A stretch of DNA of 64,000 bases from Halorarum halobium (GTDB taxonomy: Archaea; Halobacteriota; Halobacteria; Halobacteriales; Haloferacaceae). Made by a program: the position numbers and the translations under genes. The notes under the pieces are model-generated. The model was not told where the DNA came from. It saw only the letters and a list, made by a program, of their open reading frames with translations, and did no database searches. The DNA is taken from contig NZ_CP134951.1 in assembly GCF_032116555.1 (NCBI RefSeq), positions 62,001 through 126,000 on the forward strand, read 5' to 3'. Below are positions 1-9,113 of this stretch, piece by piece. Within the stretch, counting starts at the first letter, position 1. Each line of letters begins with the position of its first letter.

Positions 1-160
1 GCCGTCGGAACCGTCGCTGCCGTCCGAGCCATCGGACCCGTCGGATCCGTCACTGCCGTCGCTCCCGTCGGATCCGTCACTGCCGTCCGACCCGTCCGAC
101 CCGTCGCCGCCGGAGTCGTCCGAGCCATCGGAACCGTCGCTTCCGTCTCCGCCGCTGCCG
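1..160 (-). repeat. Degenerate 9-bp coding tandem repeat encoding (DGS)n
   Basis: Repeated GAC-GGN-AGY/TCN units on the minus strand. Confidence 0.85.
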
Positions 161-1665
161 TTGTTGCCGTCGCCGCCGGCACCGACGACCTCGTCGATGG
201 GCATCGTCGTCCCGTCGACCGACACGTCGACCGCGTAGCCGTCGTCCTTGGCGTAGCCCAGCACCTCGCCGTTGAACTCGAACGAGTCCAGCTCGTCGGG
301 GCCGAGGTCGTTGACCTTGATCACCGTGTTCCCGTCGGCGTTCGTGCCGATCGAGTCGGGCGAGTCGCTGCCGGACTCAGCATGCTCGCCGAGCTTCGCC
401 TCGCCGGAGACGACGAAGTCGAGGTCGAAGTCGCCCGGGATCGCCGAGTCCGAGATCGGGTTGTCGGGCCCGCCGTGCAGGACGAGCGTGTGGTCGTACT
501 CGGTCGGCTGCTGGTCCTCGTCGTCGCCGACGTCGCCCGAGGACGTGCCGTCCCACGGGCCGATGTCGGGGCCGACCCCCTCGATCTCGTCGGCGACCGC
601 GTAGCCAGTGACCGCCGAGGGCAGCGGGAAGGAGACCTCGCCGTCGGCCGCGAGGTCGGACTCGCTGACGCCGCCGGCCTGGAACTCGTAGCTGCCGGGG
701 CCGGTGGCGACGCAGTTCTCGACGGTGACGTCCATGCCGCCGCCGGACTTGTCGCGGACCAGCACCTGGTCCGTCTCGTTGTAGAACGTGCAGTTGCGGA
801 TCGTGACCGACGAGCCCGCCGCCTCGTCGTGGAGCTCGATCGGGTTGCTCGCGCCGTCGACGTCGAGGTTGATGAAGTAACAGTTCTCGATGAGGAGGTT
901 GCCGGGTTCGCGCAGCCGCACGCCGCGGGCGTTCGGAACGCCCTCCGCGTCCGACCGCACGTCCCGCGTCACCGCGATGAGGCTGTTGCGGACCACGGTC
1001 GTCTCGCTCATCGGGTCGCTCGTCCGGTGGCCGACGCGGATGTTGGCGATGTTGTTGTTGACCGCGGCGCAGTTCTCGTACAGCATCGGGATCTTGTCGG
1101 TGTACGCGCCGTTGTTGGCCATCCACGCCCACGCGGAGTTACGGACGACGGCGGGCTCGCTGCCGTTCGATCCGTCGGGGTTGAACAGCGCTCGATCCTC
1201 CAGCTGGCCGCCGCCCTCGGGCCAGATGAACCCGTTCAGCTCGCTGCCGCGAACGAGGTCGAGTCCGGCCTTCGGTTCGGGGTTCTCCCCGCGGACGACG
1301 ATGTTCTCGACGCGCCCGGCGACGGTGCCGTCCATCGTGTCGGACTCGAGGTTCAACACGACGTCGCCGGGTTCGCCCCCGCCGACGAGCGCGTCGCCCG
1401 AGCCGATCGAGAGCGACTCCCAGGTGTACTCGCCCGGTTCGACGACGACCTCGCCGTCGGGGCTGGCCGTGAACGACGACTGGGCCGCCGCCCCGCCGGT
1501 GAGCGTTCCCACGGATCCCAGCGTCACCGCCGCGGCCGCCGCGCCCTTGAGGACCGAGCGCCGGGAACTGCTCCCCGGCTCCCCCGCGGTCGACCCTTCG
1601 GTATCGCGCTGTTCGTCGGTAACGTCTCCCTTCTCGGCTGCCTCGTCGTTGTGGCGTTTCGCCAT
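1..1665 (-). CDS. Tat-exported right-handed beta-helix-like surface protein with Gly-Ser-Asp repeat linker (3' end runs off window)
   Basis: Not in the ORF track because it is open to the edge. Manual translation from ATG 1665 gives MAKRHNDE...SRRSVLKGAAAAAVTLG (twin-Arg signal), beta-helix-like repeats (VVRNS, LIENCYF, TIRNCTF, TVENCV) and a DGSDGSDGS run, with no in-frame stop seen. Confidence 0.8.
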   Translation of the reverse strand, partial: MAKRHNDEAAEKGDVTDEQRDTEGSTAGEPGSSSRRSVLKGAAAAAVTLGSVGTLTGGAAAQSSFTASPDGEVVVEPGEYTWESLSIGSGDALVGGGEPGDVVLNLESDTMDGTVAGRVENIVVRGENPEPKAGLDLVRGSELNGFIWPEGGGQLEDRALFNPDGSNGSEPAVVRNSAWAWMANNGAYTDKIPMLYENCAAVNNNIANIRVGHRTSDPMSETTVVRNSLIAVTRDVRSDAEGVPNARGVRLREPGNLLIENCYFINLDVDGASNPIELHDEAAGSSVTIRNCTFYNETDQVLVRDKSGGGMDVTVENCVATGPGSYEFQAGGVSESDLAADGEVSFPLPSAVTGYAVADEIEGVGPDIGPWDGTSSGDVGDDEDQQPTEYDHTLVLHGGPDNPISDSAIPGDFDLDFVVSGEAKLGEHAESGSDSPDSIGTNADGNTVIKVNDLGPDELDSFEFNGEVLGYAKDDGYAVDVSVDGTTMPIDEVVGAGGDGNNGSGGDGSDGSDGSDDSGGDGSDGSDGSDGSDGSDGSDGSDGSDGSDGSDGSDG

Positions 1666-2183
1666 ACCCGGTAGGAAGTGGTTTCCTGAAAAGCCGTTTC
1701 GACCAGCTCCGGCCTACTATCGGGTAATACCGCCCTACTTGTGGACGGATGCCGACCGACTGGTTACCAGTTCTCGACCGGCTCTCGTTGGTCGTAGGTA
1801 CGAGTCAGTTAATCCCGGCCGGGACGCGGTGAGCGGAACTAGGAGCGTGTTACTCGTGGTAGGGACCATCAACCCGCGACGGGCCGAACTCGCCCCCGTC
1901 CTACACGCGCCTTACTACGGGAGTAAAAGCCGCTTACCGGGGACGAGAGATGCTAACCCGGCGATCGCCACGGCTGGAGACGCCCCACAGCTCACGCTTC
2001 CAGGGTCGTGTTCGACCGCCTGGACGCCGCGATCGATCGGCTCGGACCCGGCCGTAGCAACGCGTCTCTCGCCGGTACGACGGGGTTACCCTCGTCCCGG
2101 TCGGATTACTCGACGGTAGTGTGAGCCAACGACCAGGAGACAGCGGCCTCATAACAAATGTCGCGTGGTTTCTGGGGGAAGCC

Positions 2184-3821
2184 GTGAGCCGACACGACTC
2201 CGATGGACTCGGGACCCTGCTCGTGGGGCTCGACGGCGCGTGCCTGCCGGTGGTCGAGCCGCTGGTCGCCGAGGGGCGACTCCCGGCGCTCGCCGACCTG
2301 CTGGACCGCGGCGCGTCGGGCCCGCTCGAATCCCAGATCCCCCCCTGGACCCCCAGCGCCTGGCCCTCGCTCTACACCGGGACGAACCCCGGGAGACACG
2401 GCGCGTTCGACTTTCTCACCTTCGACGGCTACGACTGGGACGTGGTGAACCGCTCGCACGTCCGCGAACGCGCGCTCTGGGAACTGCTCTCCGAGCGCGG
2501 CCGCCGCAGCGTCGTGGTCAACGTCCCGGTCACGTCCCCGCCCCCGGCGTTCGACGGCGCGCTCGTCCCGGGCTACATCGGCCCCGAGTCCCCCCCCACC
2601 CACCCGGAGGGGCTGCTGGACGAGCTCCGCGCGGAACTGGGCGGGTACCGCGTGTACGCGCCCGACGACGTCGAAGGGGACGAGCGGGTCGAGTGGTATC
2701 GGCGGCTTACCGGGATGCGCGGCGCCGCGTTCCGACACCTCGTCGACCGCTTCGACCCGACGTTCGGCTTCCTCCAGTTTCAACAGACCGACACGGTGTT
2801 TCACGAGCGACCCGAGGACGACGAGGCCGTCCGGGCCGTCTACGAGGCGGTCGACGCGGAGGTCGGCGCCGTCCTCGACGCCTGCGACCCGGACACGGTC
2901 GTCGTCGCCAGCGACCACGGCGTCGGTCCCTACGACCCCGAGGAGTTCCGCGTCAACGAGTTCCTCCGCGAGCGCGGCTACGTGGAGACGACGCGGGGCG
3001 AGGGAGGGATGCCCTCCTGGGGCCAGATCAGCCGGGACGCGGGCGGCGGGGACGGCGACTCGGACTCCGACGGTGACGGCCAGTCGCTCGGCGAACGCCT
3101 CGTCGCGCGCGCTGCCGCGATGGGAATCACGAGCCAGCGCATCGGCGCGCTGCTCTCGCGGCTCGGGCTGGCCGAGTTCGTGCTGGACTACGTCTCGACG
3201 GACACGGTCCGGGCCGGCACCGAGCGCGTCGACTTCACGCGCTCGACGGCGTACATGCGCTCGCGGACGGAACTGGGCGTCCGCGTCAACCTCGCGGGCC
3301 GGGAGCCGGACGGGACCGTCTCGCCCGCGGAGTACCCCAGCGTCCGCGACGACATCGTGGCCGACCTGGCGGGCGCGGAGACGCCCGCCGGCGACCCGGT
3401 GTTCTCGACGGTCGCCCCCCGCGAGGCGTTCTTCGAGGGCGAGCACGTCGAGGACGCGGCCGACGTCATCGCGGTCCCGGCCGACTTCGACACGTACCTC
3501 TCCGCCTCGCTGCTCGGCGACACCTTCGGCCCGGCGGCCGAACCGTGGAACCACAAACGCGACGGGCTGTTCGTCGCCGCCGGCGACGGCGTCGACACGG
3601 ACGCGAGCCTCCGGGACGCCCACCTCTTCGACGTCGCCCCGACGGTGCTCTCCTCGCTTGGCGTCCCACCGAGCGCCCGGATGGACGGCGACCCGCTCCC
3701 GGTCGTGGATCCGGTCCCACCCGACGACTACCCGGCGTTCGACCCGGAGGCGACGCGCCGGACCGACGACGAACGAGTCGAGCAGCGACTGGCCGATCTC
3801 GGCTATCTGGAGGACCGATGA
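2184..3821 (+). CDS. Alkaline phosphatase superfamily protein (nucleotide pyrophosphatase/phosphodiesterase type)
   Basis: LLVGLDGA, PPWTPSAWPSLYTGTNPGRHG, VVASDHG, WNHKRDG and C-terminal RLADLGYL motifs. The GTG start at 2184 is chosen over the ORF-track start at 2121. Confidence 0.85.
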   Translation: MSRHDSDGLGTLLVGLDGACLPVVEPLVAEGRLPALADLLDRGASGPLESQIPPWTPSAWPSLYTGTNPGRHGAFDFLTFDGYDWDVVNRSHVRERALWELLSERGRRSVVVNVPVTSPPPAFDGALVPGYIGPESPPTHPEGLLDELRAELGGYRVYAPDDVEGDERVEWYRRLTGMRGAAFRHLVDRFDPTFGFLQFQQTDTVFHERPEDDEAVRAVYEAVDAEVGAVLDACDPDTVVVASDHGVGPYDPEEFRVNEFLRERGYVETTRGEGGMPSWGQISRDAGGGDGDSDSDGDGQSLGERLVARAAAMGITSQRIGALLSRLGLAEFVLDYVSTDTVRAGTERVDFTRSTAYMRSRTELGVRVNLAGREPDGTVSPAEYPSVRDDIVADLAGAETPAGDPVFSTVAPREAFFEGEHVEDAADVIAVPADFDTYLSASLLGDTFGPAAEPWNHKRDGLFVAAGDGVDTDASLRDAHLFDVAPTVLSSLGVPPSARMDGDPLPVVDPVPPDDYPAFDPEATRRTDDERVEQRLADLGYLEDR

Positions 3822-4813
3822 GCATCGACATCCGCACGACGGACGACCGACAGTGGAACGACATCGTGAGCGACTCCCCGGCGGCGACCCCGTTTCACCG
3901 CGCGGAGGCGCTGGACGTGCTCGAGACGCACGCGAACGCCACGCTCCACCGGCTCGCGGGGTTCAAGGGCCAGGAGCCGGTGGGGCTGTTCCCCGTCTAC
4001 GAGGTCGCGAAGGGGCCGGCGACGGCGGCCGTGTCGCCCCCGCCGGACCTCAAACTCCCGTACTTGGGCCCGTCGCTCCTCAACACCGGGAAGCTCAAGC
4101 GACGCAAGCGGGACCGACGCCACCGTCGGTTCATCGACGCCGCGCTGGAGTGGGTCGAACGCGAGGTGTCCCCGAATCTCTGGAACGTCCGGACGCCGGT
4201 CGGCTACGACGACATCCGGCCGTTCCAGTGGCGTGAGTACGAGGTTTCCCCCCGATACACGTACGTCATCGACCTGGAGACGACCCCGGAGGACCTGCTC
4301 GGGCGGTTCAGCTCGGACCTGCGGAAGAAGGTCCGACGGGAGTACGACGTCAGCTACGAGGTGACCGAGGAGGGGCCGGCCGCCATCGACCGCATCGTCG
4401 AACGCACGCGGGAGCGCCACGAGGAGCAGGGCGAGTCGTTCCCCCTGACGGCCGAGTTCGTCCGGATGCTGGCCGACCGGCTTCCGGACGGAACCGTTCG
4501 GCCGTACGTCTGTCGGATCGACGGCGAGTTCGCCGGCGGCCTCATCGACGTCGAGGGGGACGAGCGTGCGGGCGCGTGGATCGCCAACGGCAAGACGGAC
4601 GCGCCGGTTCCCGTCAACGACCTGCTCGAATGGCGGGTCTGTGTCGACGGGATCGACCGCGGCCTGAGCACGTACGACCTGATGGGCGCGAACCACGAGC
4701 GCATCTACTCGTACAAGGCGAAGTTCGCCCCCGACCTGGTCCAGTACTTCACCGTCCAGAAGGGGTCGGTCGGGATGAACGCCGCCACGAAGCTCTACAA
4801 GAAACTCCGCTGA
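3818..4813 (+). CDS. GNAT/FemAB-like acyltransferase
   Basis: ATGA overlap with the upstream gene; W..IV...PFH N-terminus, RYTYVIDL and YDLMGAN...YKAKF motifs. Confidence 0.8.
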   Translation: MSIDIRTTDDRQWNDIVSDSPAATPFHRAEALDVLETHANATLHRLAGFKGQEPVGLFPVYEVAKGPATAAVSPPPDLKLPYLGPSLLNTGKLKRRKRDRRHRRFIDAALEWVEREVSPNLWNVRTPVGYDDIRPFQWREYEVSPRYTYVIDLETTPEDLLGRFSSDLRKKVRREYDVSYEVTEEGPAAIDRIVERTRERHEEQGESFPLTAEFVRMLADRLPDGTVRPYVCRIDGEFAGGLIDVEGDERAGAWIANGKTDAPVPVNDLLEWRVCVDGIDRGLSTYDLMGANHERIYSYKAKFAPDLVQYFTVQKGSVGMNAATKLYKKLR

Positions 4814-5009
4814 CAGGTGGGCCACGTCGAGTCGACTCCGGCGGCCCTCCGCCGGCGTAAGCCGAGCGTACCGGACGACGGCGGAGGGTGCCGAAGCCGA
4901 CGAACGGTCCACTGAAAACCAGCGAACTGGGGAAAACTGGGTTTCAGCCGCACTTACGTCCGAACACGCCCTTCATACCAAAGTGGCAACCCGTCGTACG
5001 CCAGCGGGC

Positions 5010-5444
5010 ATGCCAGACATCGACCGTCGGAAACTGCTCGGACTCGCAGCGACAGGACTGGCAGCCGGGCTGGCCGGCTGTGGCTCTCCCGGCACGGACG
5101 AGGGCACCGAACCGCTCGAAACGGAGACGGTGGGCGACGGAGCGGAGACGGAGGAGGAGACGCCGACGGAGACGGAGGCCGAAACCCCGACCGAGGCCGA
5201 GGACGCGACCGAAACCGAGGCGGAGGCCGGGGTGGGCAACGAGACTGAGACGGAGATGGGTACGGAGACGGAGGTCGGAGTGGGTAACGAGACGGAGATG
5301 GGCAACGAGACGGAAATGGGTAACGAGACTGAAACGGAGATGGGTACGGAGACGGCAATGGGCAACGAAACCGGGACGGAGACGGCAATGGGTAACGAAA
5401 CCGAGACGGCAATGGGTAACGAGACGGAGACGGAGACGGCCTGA
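5010..5444 (+). CDS. Small Tat lipoprotein made almost entirely of Glu/Thr-rich (GNETETEM-like) repeats
   Basis: MPDIDRRKLLGLAATGLAAGLAGC (twin-Arg plus lipobox) followed by low-complexity repeats. Confidence 0.8.
   Translation: MPDIDRRKLLGLAATGLAAGLAGCGSPGTDEGTEPLETETVGDGAETEEETPTETEAETPTEAEDATETEAEAGVGNETETEMGTETEVGVGNETEMGNETEMGNETETEMGTETAMGNETGTETAMGNETETAMGNETETETA
5230..5440 (+). repeat. Coding tandem repeats of ~18-24 bp (e.g. ATGGGYAACGARACSGAGACG)
   Basis: Visible repeated units encoding MGNETETE / MGTETA. Confidence 0.85.
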
Positions 5445-5661
5445 TCGGGCTACACCGATCACGACGGCGACCCGCGACGGGTTCCGAAGCGAGCGGGAAG
5501 CCGACCGACCGGTTCGGAACGTTTTGCTAACAAACTCGCTTTTCTCGTTCGGACGGTTCGTCCGGTTGGGAACGCGGCTCGGCCCCCGCCCGCCAGCAGG
5601 GAGTCGACCCCTCGACATGACCGGGCGGCTTCGGTGCCGACGACGACGCCGTGCCCCGATC

Positions 5662-6798
5662 TCAGCCTCGCAACGAGTCCACCGGCCGGTCGTTGGCGGC
5701 CTTCCACGCGGGGTAGATTCCGCTCAGCAGGCTCGCCAGGACCGCGAACCCGAAGCCCAGCACCAGGTAGCGGAGCCCGCTCCAGTTGAACACGAGCATC
5801 GCGTCGCCGGCGATCGCGTCGAACATGAAGAGGCCGACGGCGAGCGAGACGGCCGCGCCGACGAGGCCGCCGACGACGCCGAGGAACATCGCCTCGGTGA
5901 GGATCATCCGGAGCACCTCGCCCCGGCGGATCCCGACGGCGCGGAGCACGCCGATCTCGCCGCGGCGCTCGATCGTGCTCATCAGCATGACGTTGAGGAT
6001 GGCGACGCTGGCGACGATCAGCGAGATCGACCCGATCCCGAGCAGCGCGAGGTTGAGCGTGTTCAGGAACGATCCGACGTTATCCTGGCCGCCGAACGTG
6101 AAGACGCTCAACACTTGCTCGTCCTCGCCGTTGAACCGCTCGGAGATGCTCGCGGCGATCTCCTGGGCGGCCGCGCCGTCCTCGGCGATGATCGTCACCG
6201 TCCCGTAGTGCTGCTGGTCGGAGAGCGCCGAGACCGGCAACACCAGTTCGTTGCCGCCCCCGAACCCTTCCGTCTCGATGAACCCCCTGATGCGGTAGAG
6301 CTGGCCGTCGTACTCGACGGGGTCACCGATCTCGAGCCCGAGGCGCGTGGCCGTCCCGTTGCTGATCAGGGCACCGGACTGGAGCCGCTCGGGGGATTCG
6401 CCCCTCGACACGTTGTACATCGCGCTCGCCTGCGTCACCCCGGTGACGCTCACCCACGCCTCCTGGCCGTTCCGCGACGTGATCGTCGTCGAGTTCGACT
6501 TCTGTGGAACGACGGTGGCGTCGTCGGCGATGCCCCGGATCTCGGACACCTGATCGTCGGTGATGCCGTCCGTGGTGATGTCCTGGCCCGGCGAGACCGT
6601 CACCTCGTCGGTGAGGCTTCCGAGGCTCGAGGTGGCCTGCTGCTGGAGGGCCGCGCCCGCCATCCCGAGCGACGCGATGGAGATCACGCCGATGACGATG
6701 CCGAGCGCGGCCAGCCCCGTCCGGACGCGGTTGCGTCCGAGGTTGCGCCACGCCATCAGGGCGCTCGGGAACCGCCACAGCACGTCGGCGATGCCCAT
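5662..6798 (-). CDS. ABC transporter permease, MacB/FtsX family
   Basis: MAWRNLGRNRVRTGLAALGIVIG, ERRGEIGVLRAVG and IYPAWKAA motifs; start at MGIADV. Confidence 0.9.
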   Translation of the reverse strand: MGIADVLWRFPSALMAWRNLGRNRVRTGLAALGIVIGVISIASLGMAGAALQQQATSSLGSLTDEVTVSPGQDITTDGITDDQVSEIRGIADDATVVPQKSNSTTITSRNGQEAWVSVTGVTQASAMYNVSRGESPERLQSGALISNGTATRLGLEIGDPVEYDGQLYRIRGFIETEGFGGGNELVLPVSALSDQQHYGTVTIIAEDGAAAQEIAASISERFNGEDEQVLSVFTFGGQDNVGSFLNTLNLALLGIGSISLIVASVAILNVMLMSTIERRGEIGVLRAVGIRRGEVLRMILTEAMFLGVVGGLVGAAVSLAVGLFMFDAIAGDAMLVFNWSGLRYLVLGFGFAVLASLLSGIYPAWKAANDRPVDSLRG

Positions 6799-7460
6799 CA
6801 CTGGATCACCCCGTCGACGAGCCTGACGACGCGGTCGGTGTACTCCTCGAGCTGTTCGTCGTGGGTCACCGAGACGATGGCGACGTCCTCGTCCTCCTTG
6901 AGCCGCGTCAGCTCCTCGAGGATCGTCTGCCCGGTGTCCTGATCCAGGTTGCCGGTCGGCTCGTCCGCGAGCAGGATGTCGGGCTCGTTGATGAGCGAGC
7001 GCGCGATGGCGACCCGCTGTTGTTGCCCGCCGGACAGCTCGCTCGGCGTGTGGTCGAGGCGGTCGCCGAGGCCGACCCGCCGGAGCAGATCGACCGCCCG
7101 GTCGTGACGGTCGACCGAGGTGTCCCACATCGACGGGAGTTCGACGTTCTCGGTCGCGGTGAGCATCGGGAGCAGGTGGAAGTCCTGGAACACGAACCCG
7201 ATGCCGGACCGGCGCTCCTCGGTGAGTTCGTCCTCGCTGAAGTCGGTCACGTCACGCCCGTCGAGCCGGACGGTTCCCTCCGTCGGCGTGTCGAGCAGGC
7301 CGATGACGTTCAACATCGTGCTCTTGCCCGAGCCCGAGGGACCGATGACGGTGACCATCTCGCCGCGGTCGGCGTCGAAGTCGACGCCCTTCAGCGCCTC
7401 GATGGTCTCCTCGCCGCTGCGGTAGCGCTTCACGGCGTCCTCGAGTTCGATGACGCTCAT
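6798..7460 (-). CDS. ABC transporter ATP-binding protein (LolD/MacB-like)
   Basis: [33 protein letters not shown]. Confidence 0.95.
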   Translation of the reverse strand: MSVIELEDAVKRYRSGEETIEALKGVDFDADRGEMVTVIGPSGSGKSTMLNVIGLLDTPTEGTVRLDGRDVTDFSEDELTEERRSGIGFVFQDFHLLPMLTATENVELPSMWDTSVDRHDRAVDLLRRVGLGDRLDHTPSELSGGQQQRVAIARSLINEPDILLADEPTGNLDQDTGQTILEELTRLKEDEDVAIVSVTHDEQLEEYTDRVVRLVDGVIQ

Positions 7461-8656
7461 TGGTTGCGCCATCGGTACACCGCGCCCCCGATCACGACCA
7501 GCGCGAGGACCGCGCCGATCGGGAGCAGCGGGAGCCCGCCCGAGCCGCCCTGTTGGGGTGGTTCCCCCGGCTGGCCCCCGTTGCCGCCCGGCTGGCCCAT
7601 CCCGCCCGGCGGGGAGGCGTTCGTGGACCCGATCTCCAGCGTTTGGGTCGTCCGCACCCGCTCGCCGTCGACGAGATACGTGATCTCGACGGGCACCGAC
7701 GACGTGCCCGACTCCACGTCCCCAGTCAGTTCGAACGTGGCGAACTCGCTGGCGTCGATCGCCCCGATGAAGTACTCGCCCGACGGCGAGACGGGACTCA
7801 CGCTCTCGCCGTCAGGGATCCGGACGAGCACGGACTCGGTGTCGGTCCCGCCGATGTTCGCGGCGTCACCCTGGATCGTCAGCTGTCCGCCGAGCCGCGT
7901 GGTCTCGATCCCGGTGAGCCGGATCTCCCCTTCCACCTGCCCGTCGTCCGCCACGTCGACGGTGTGGGTGGCGGTGTGGCTCGTTCCCGCGGCCGTGTAG
8001 CTCGCGGTGAACGTGACCGCGCCGGCCGAGACGTTCCCGGTGTCGAACGCCGTGGATCGGCTCGTCTCGGGGGCGATGTCGAACAGCAGGTTGCGTTCGA
8101 TCGTCTCCCCGCCGGCGCTCGCCGTGATCTCGACGTCGGAGAGGTTCGTGTTCCCGAAGTTCGTCAACGTCACCTCGGTGGTGTCGGACCGGTTGGGGAC
8201 CGCGGTCGAGGAGAGTTCCGCCTTGACCGTCGGGTCGGCGACGTCGACGTAGACCGGGTAACTGTAGGACCGGTAGTCGCCGCTCTCGTCCTGGACGACC
8301 ACGTGGGCGGTCAGCCGCTTCTGTCCCGGGCTGTCGAACGTCGTCCGCAGCGGCACCGAGACCGACCCGCCCGGCGCGACCGACCCGACGTCAGCGACCC
8401 GTCCGTACTCGTCGGTGGTTCCGGACCGTCGGAGGTAGACGTCGGTGATCTTCACGGTCTCGCTGCTGGTTTCGAGGTTGGACACCGTCGTCTCGATGGT
8501 GACGCGCTCGCCGGTCACCGGATCGTCCGGCGTGACCGTCACCGACGAGATCTGGACGTCGGCCCGGACCGCCGTGGCCGGCGCCACTGCAACCGCTACA
8601 CTGCTGGTGAGGACCGCGCAAACGACGAGGAGTTTGCTCAATCGTAACGGGGACAT
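7457..8656 (-). CDS. Secreted, C-terminally anchored CARDB/COG1361-like Ig-fold protein partnering the ABC exporter
   Basis: Signal peptide, beta-rich repeats, Gly/Pro linker, C-terminal TM helix plus YRWR; overlaps the ATPase start. Confidence 0.75.
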   Translation of the reverse strand: MSPLRLSKLLVVCAVLTSSVAVAVAPATAVRADVQISSVTVTPDDPVTGERVTIETTVSNLETSSETVKITDVYLRRSGTTDEYGRVADVGSVAPGGSVSVPLRTTFDSPGQKRLTAHVVVQDESGDYRSYSYPVYVDVADPTVKAELSSTAVPNRSDTTEVTLTNFGNTNLSDVEITASAGGETIERNLLFDIAPETSRSTAFDTGNVSAGAVTFTASYTAAGTSHTATHTVDVADDGQVEGEIRLTGIETTRLGGQLTIQGDAANIGGTDTESVLVRIPDGESVSPVSPSGEYFIGAIDASEFATFELTGDVESGTSSVPVEITYLVDGERVRTTQTLEIGSTNASPPGGMGQPGGNGGQPGEPPQQGGSGGLPLLPIGAVLALVVIGGAVYRWRNQ

Positions 8657-9044
8657 GTGTGGTCACCATCACGCGACTGTTGAATGCTTTTCCGTTCGAC
8701 ACGAACGGGTCGTACCCGGTCGCCCGAACGCCATTCCCCGGTCGATGCCGTTCCGCGGCTTCGGGCGATGGAGACGGGGGTCCGGTTCACGGTTCCGGTT
8801 TTGCGGGACCGGCCGCCGGCTCACGTTCCCGTCCGCCGTGAGTACCGATGAGATGACAGAAGTGCGCTCGAACGACCGTTCACCCGAATCCACACGCCAC
8901 AGTTTCTCTCTACCGGCCGTAGCTAGCTCCCGCACGCCGACGTTTGATATAGCGATATGAGGTATATCTGAACGTCGAACGCCGTTACTCGCCGTGTTCG
9001 AGGCCGAAACAGCCGATGTTCGGTCGATGGCCGGTCGCCACGAT

Positions 9045-9076
9045 CCACTCGGTTGTAATCGAATACAACCAAGTGG
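9045..9076. other. Imperfect inverted repeat with 13-bp arms and 6-bp spacer; candidate recombinase binding/crossover site
   Basis: CCACTCGGTTGTA-ATCGAA-TACAACCAAGTGG, 12 of 13 arm positions complementary, 37 bp before the recombinase ATG. Confidence 0.6.
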
Positions 9077-9113
9077 TTATTTGTGGGTCGACGCCTTCGG
9101 GTCGGCCCACGAC

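Noticed and set aside
5230..5440. Periodic repeats as a possible CRISPR array
   Set aside because: In-frame coding repeats without unique spacers; no cas genes
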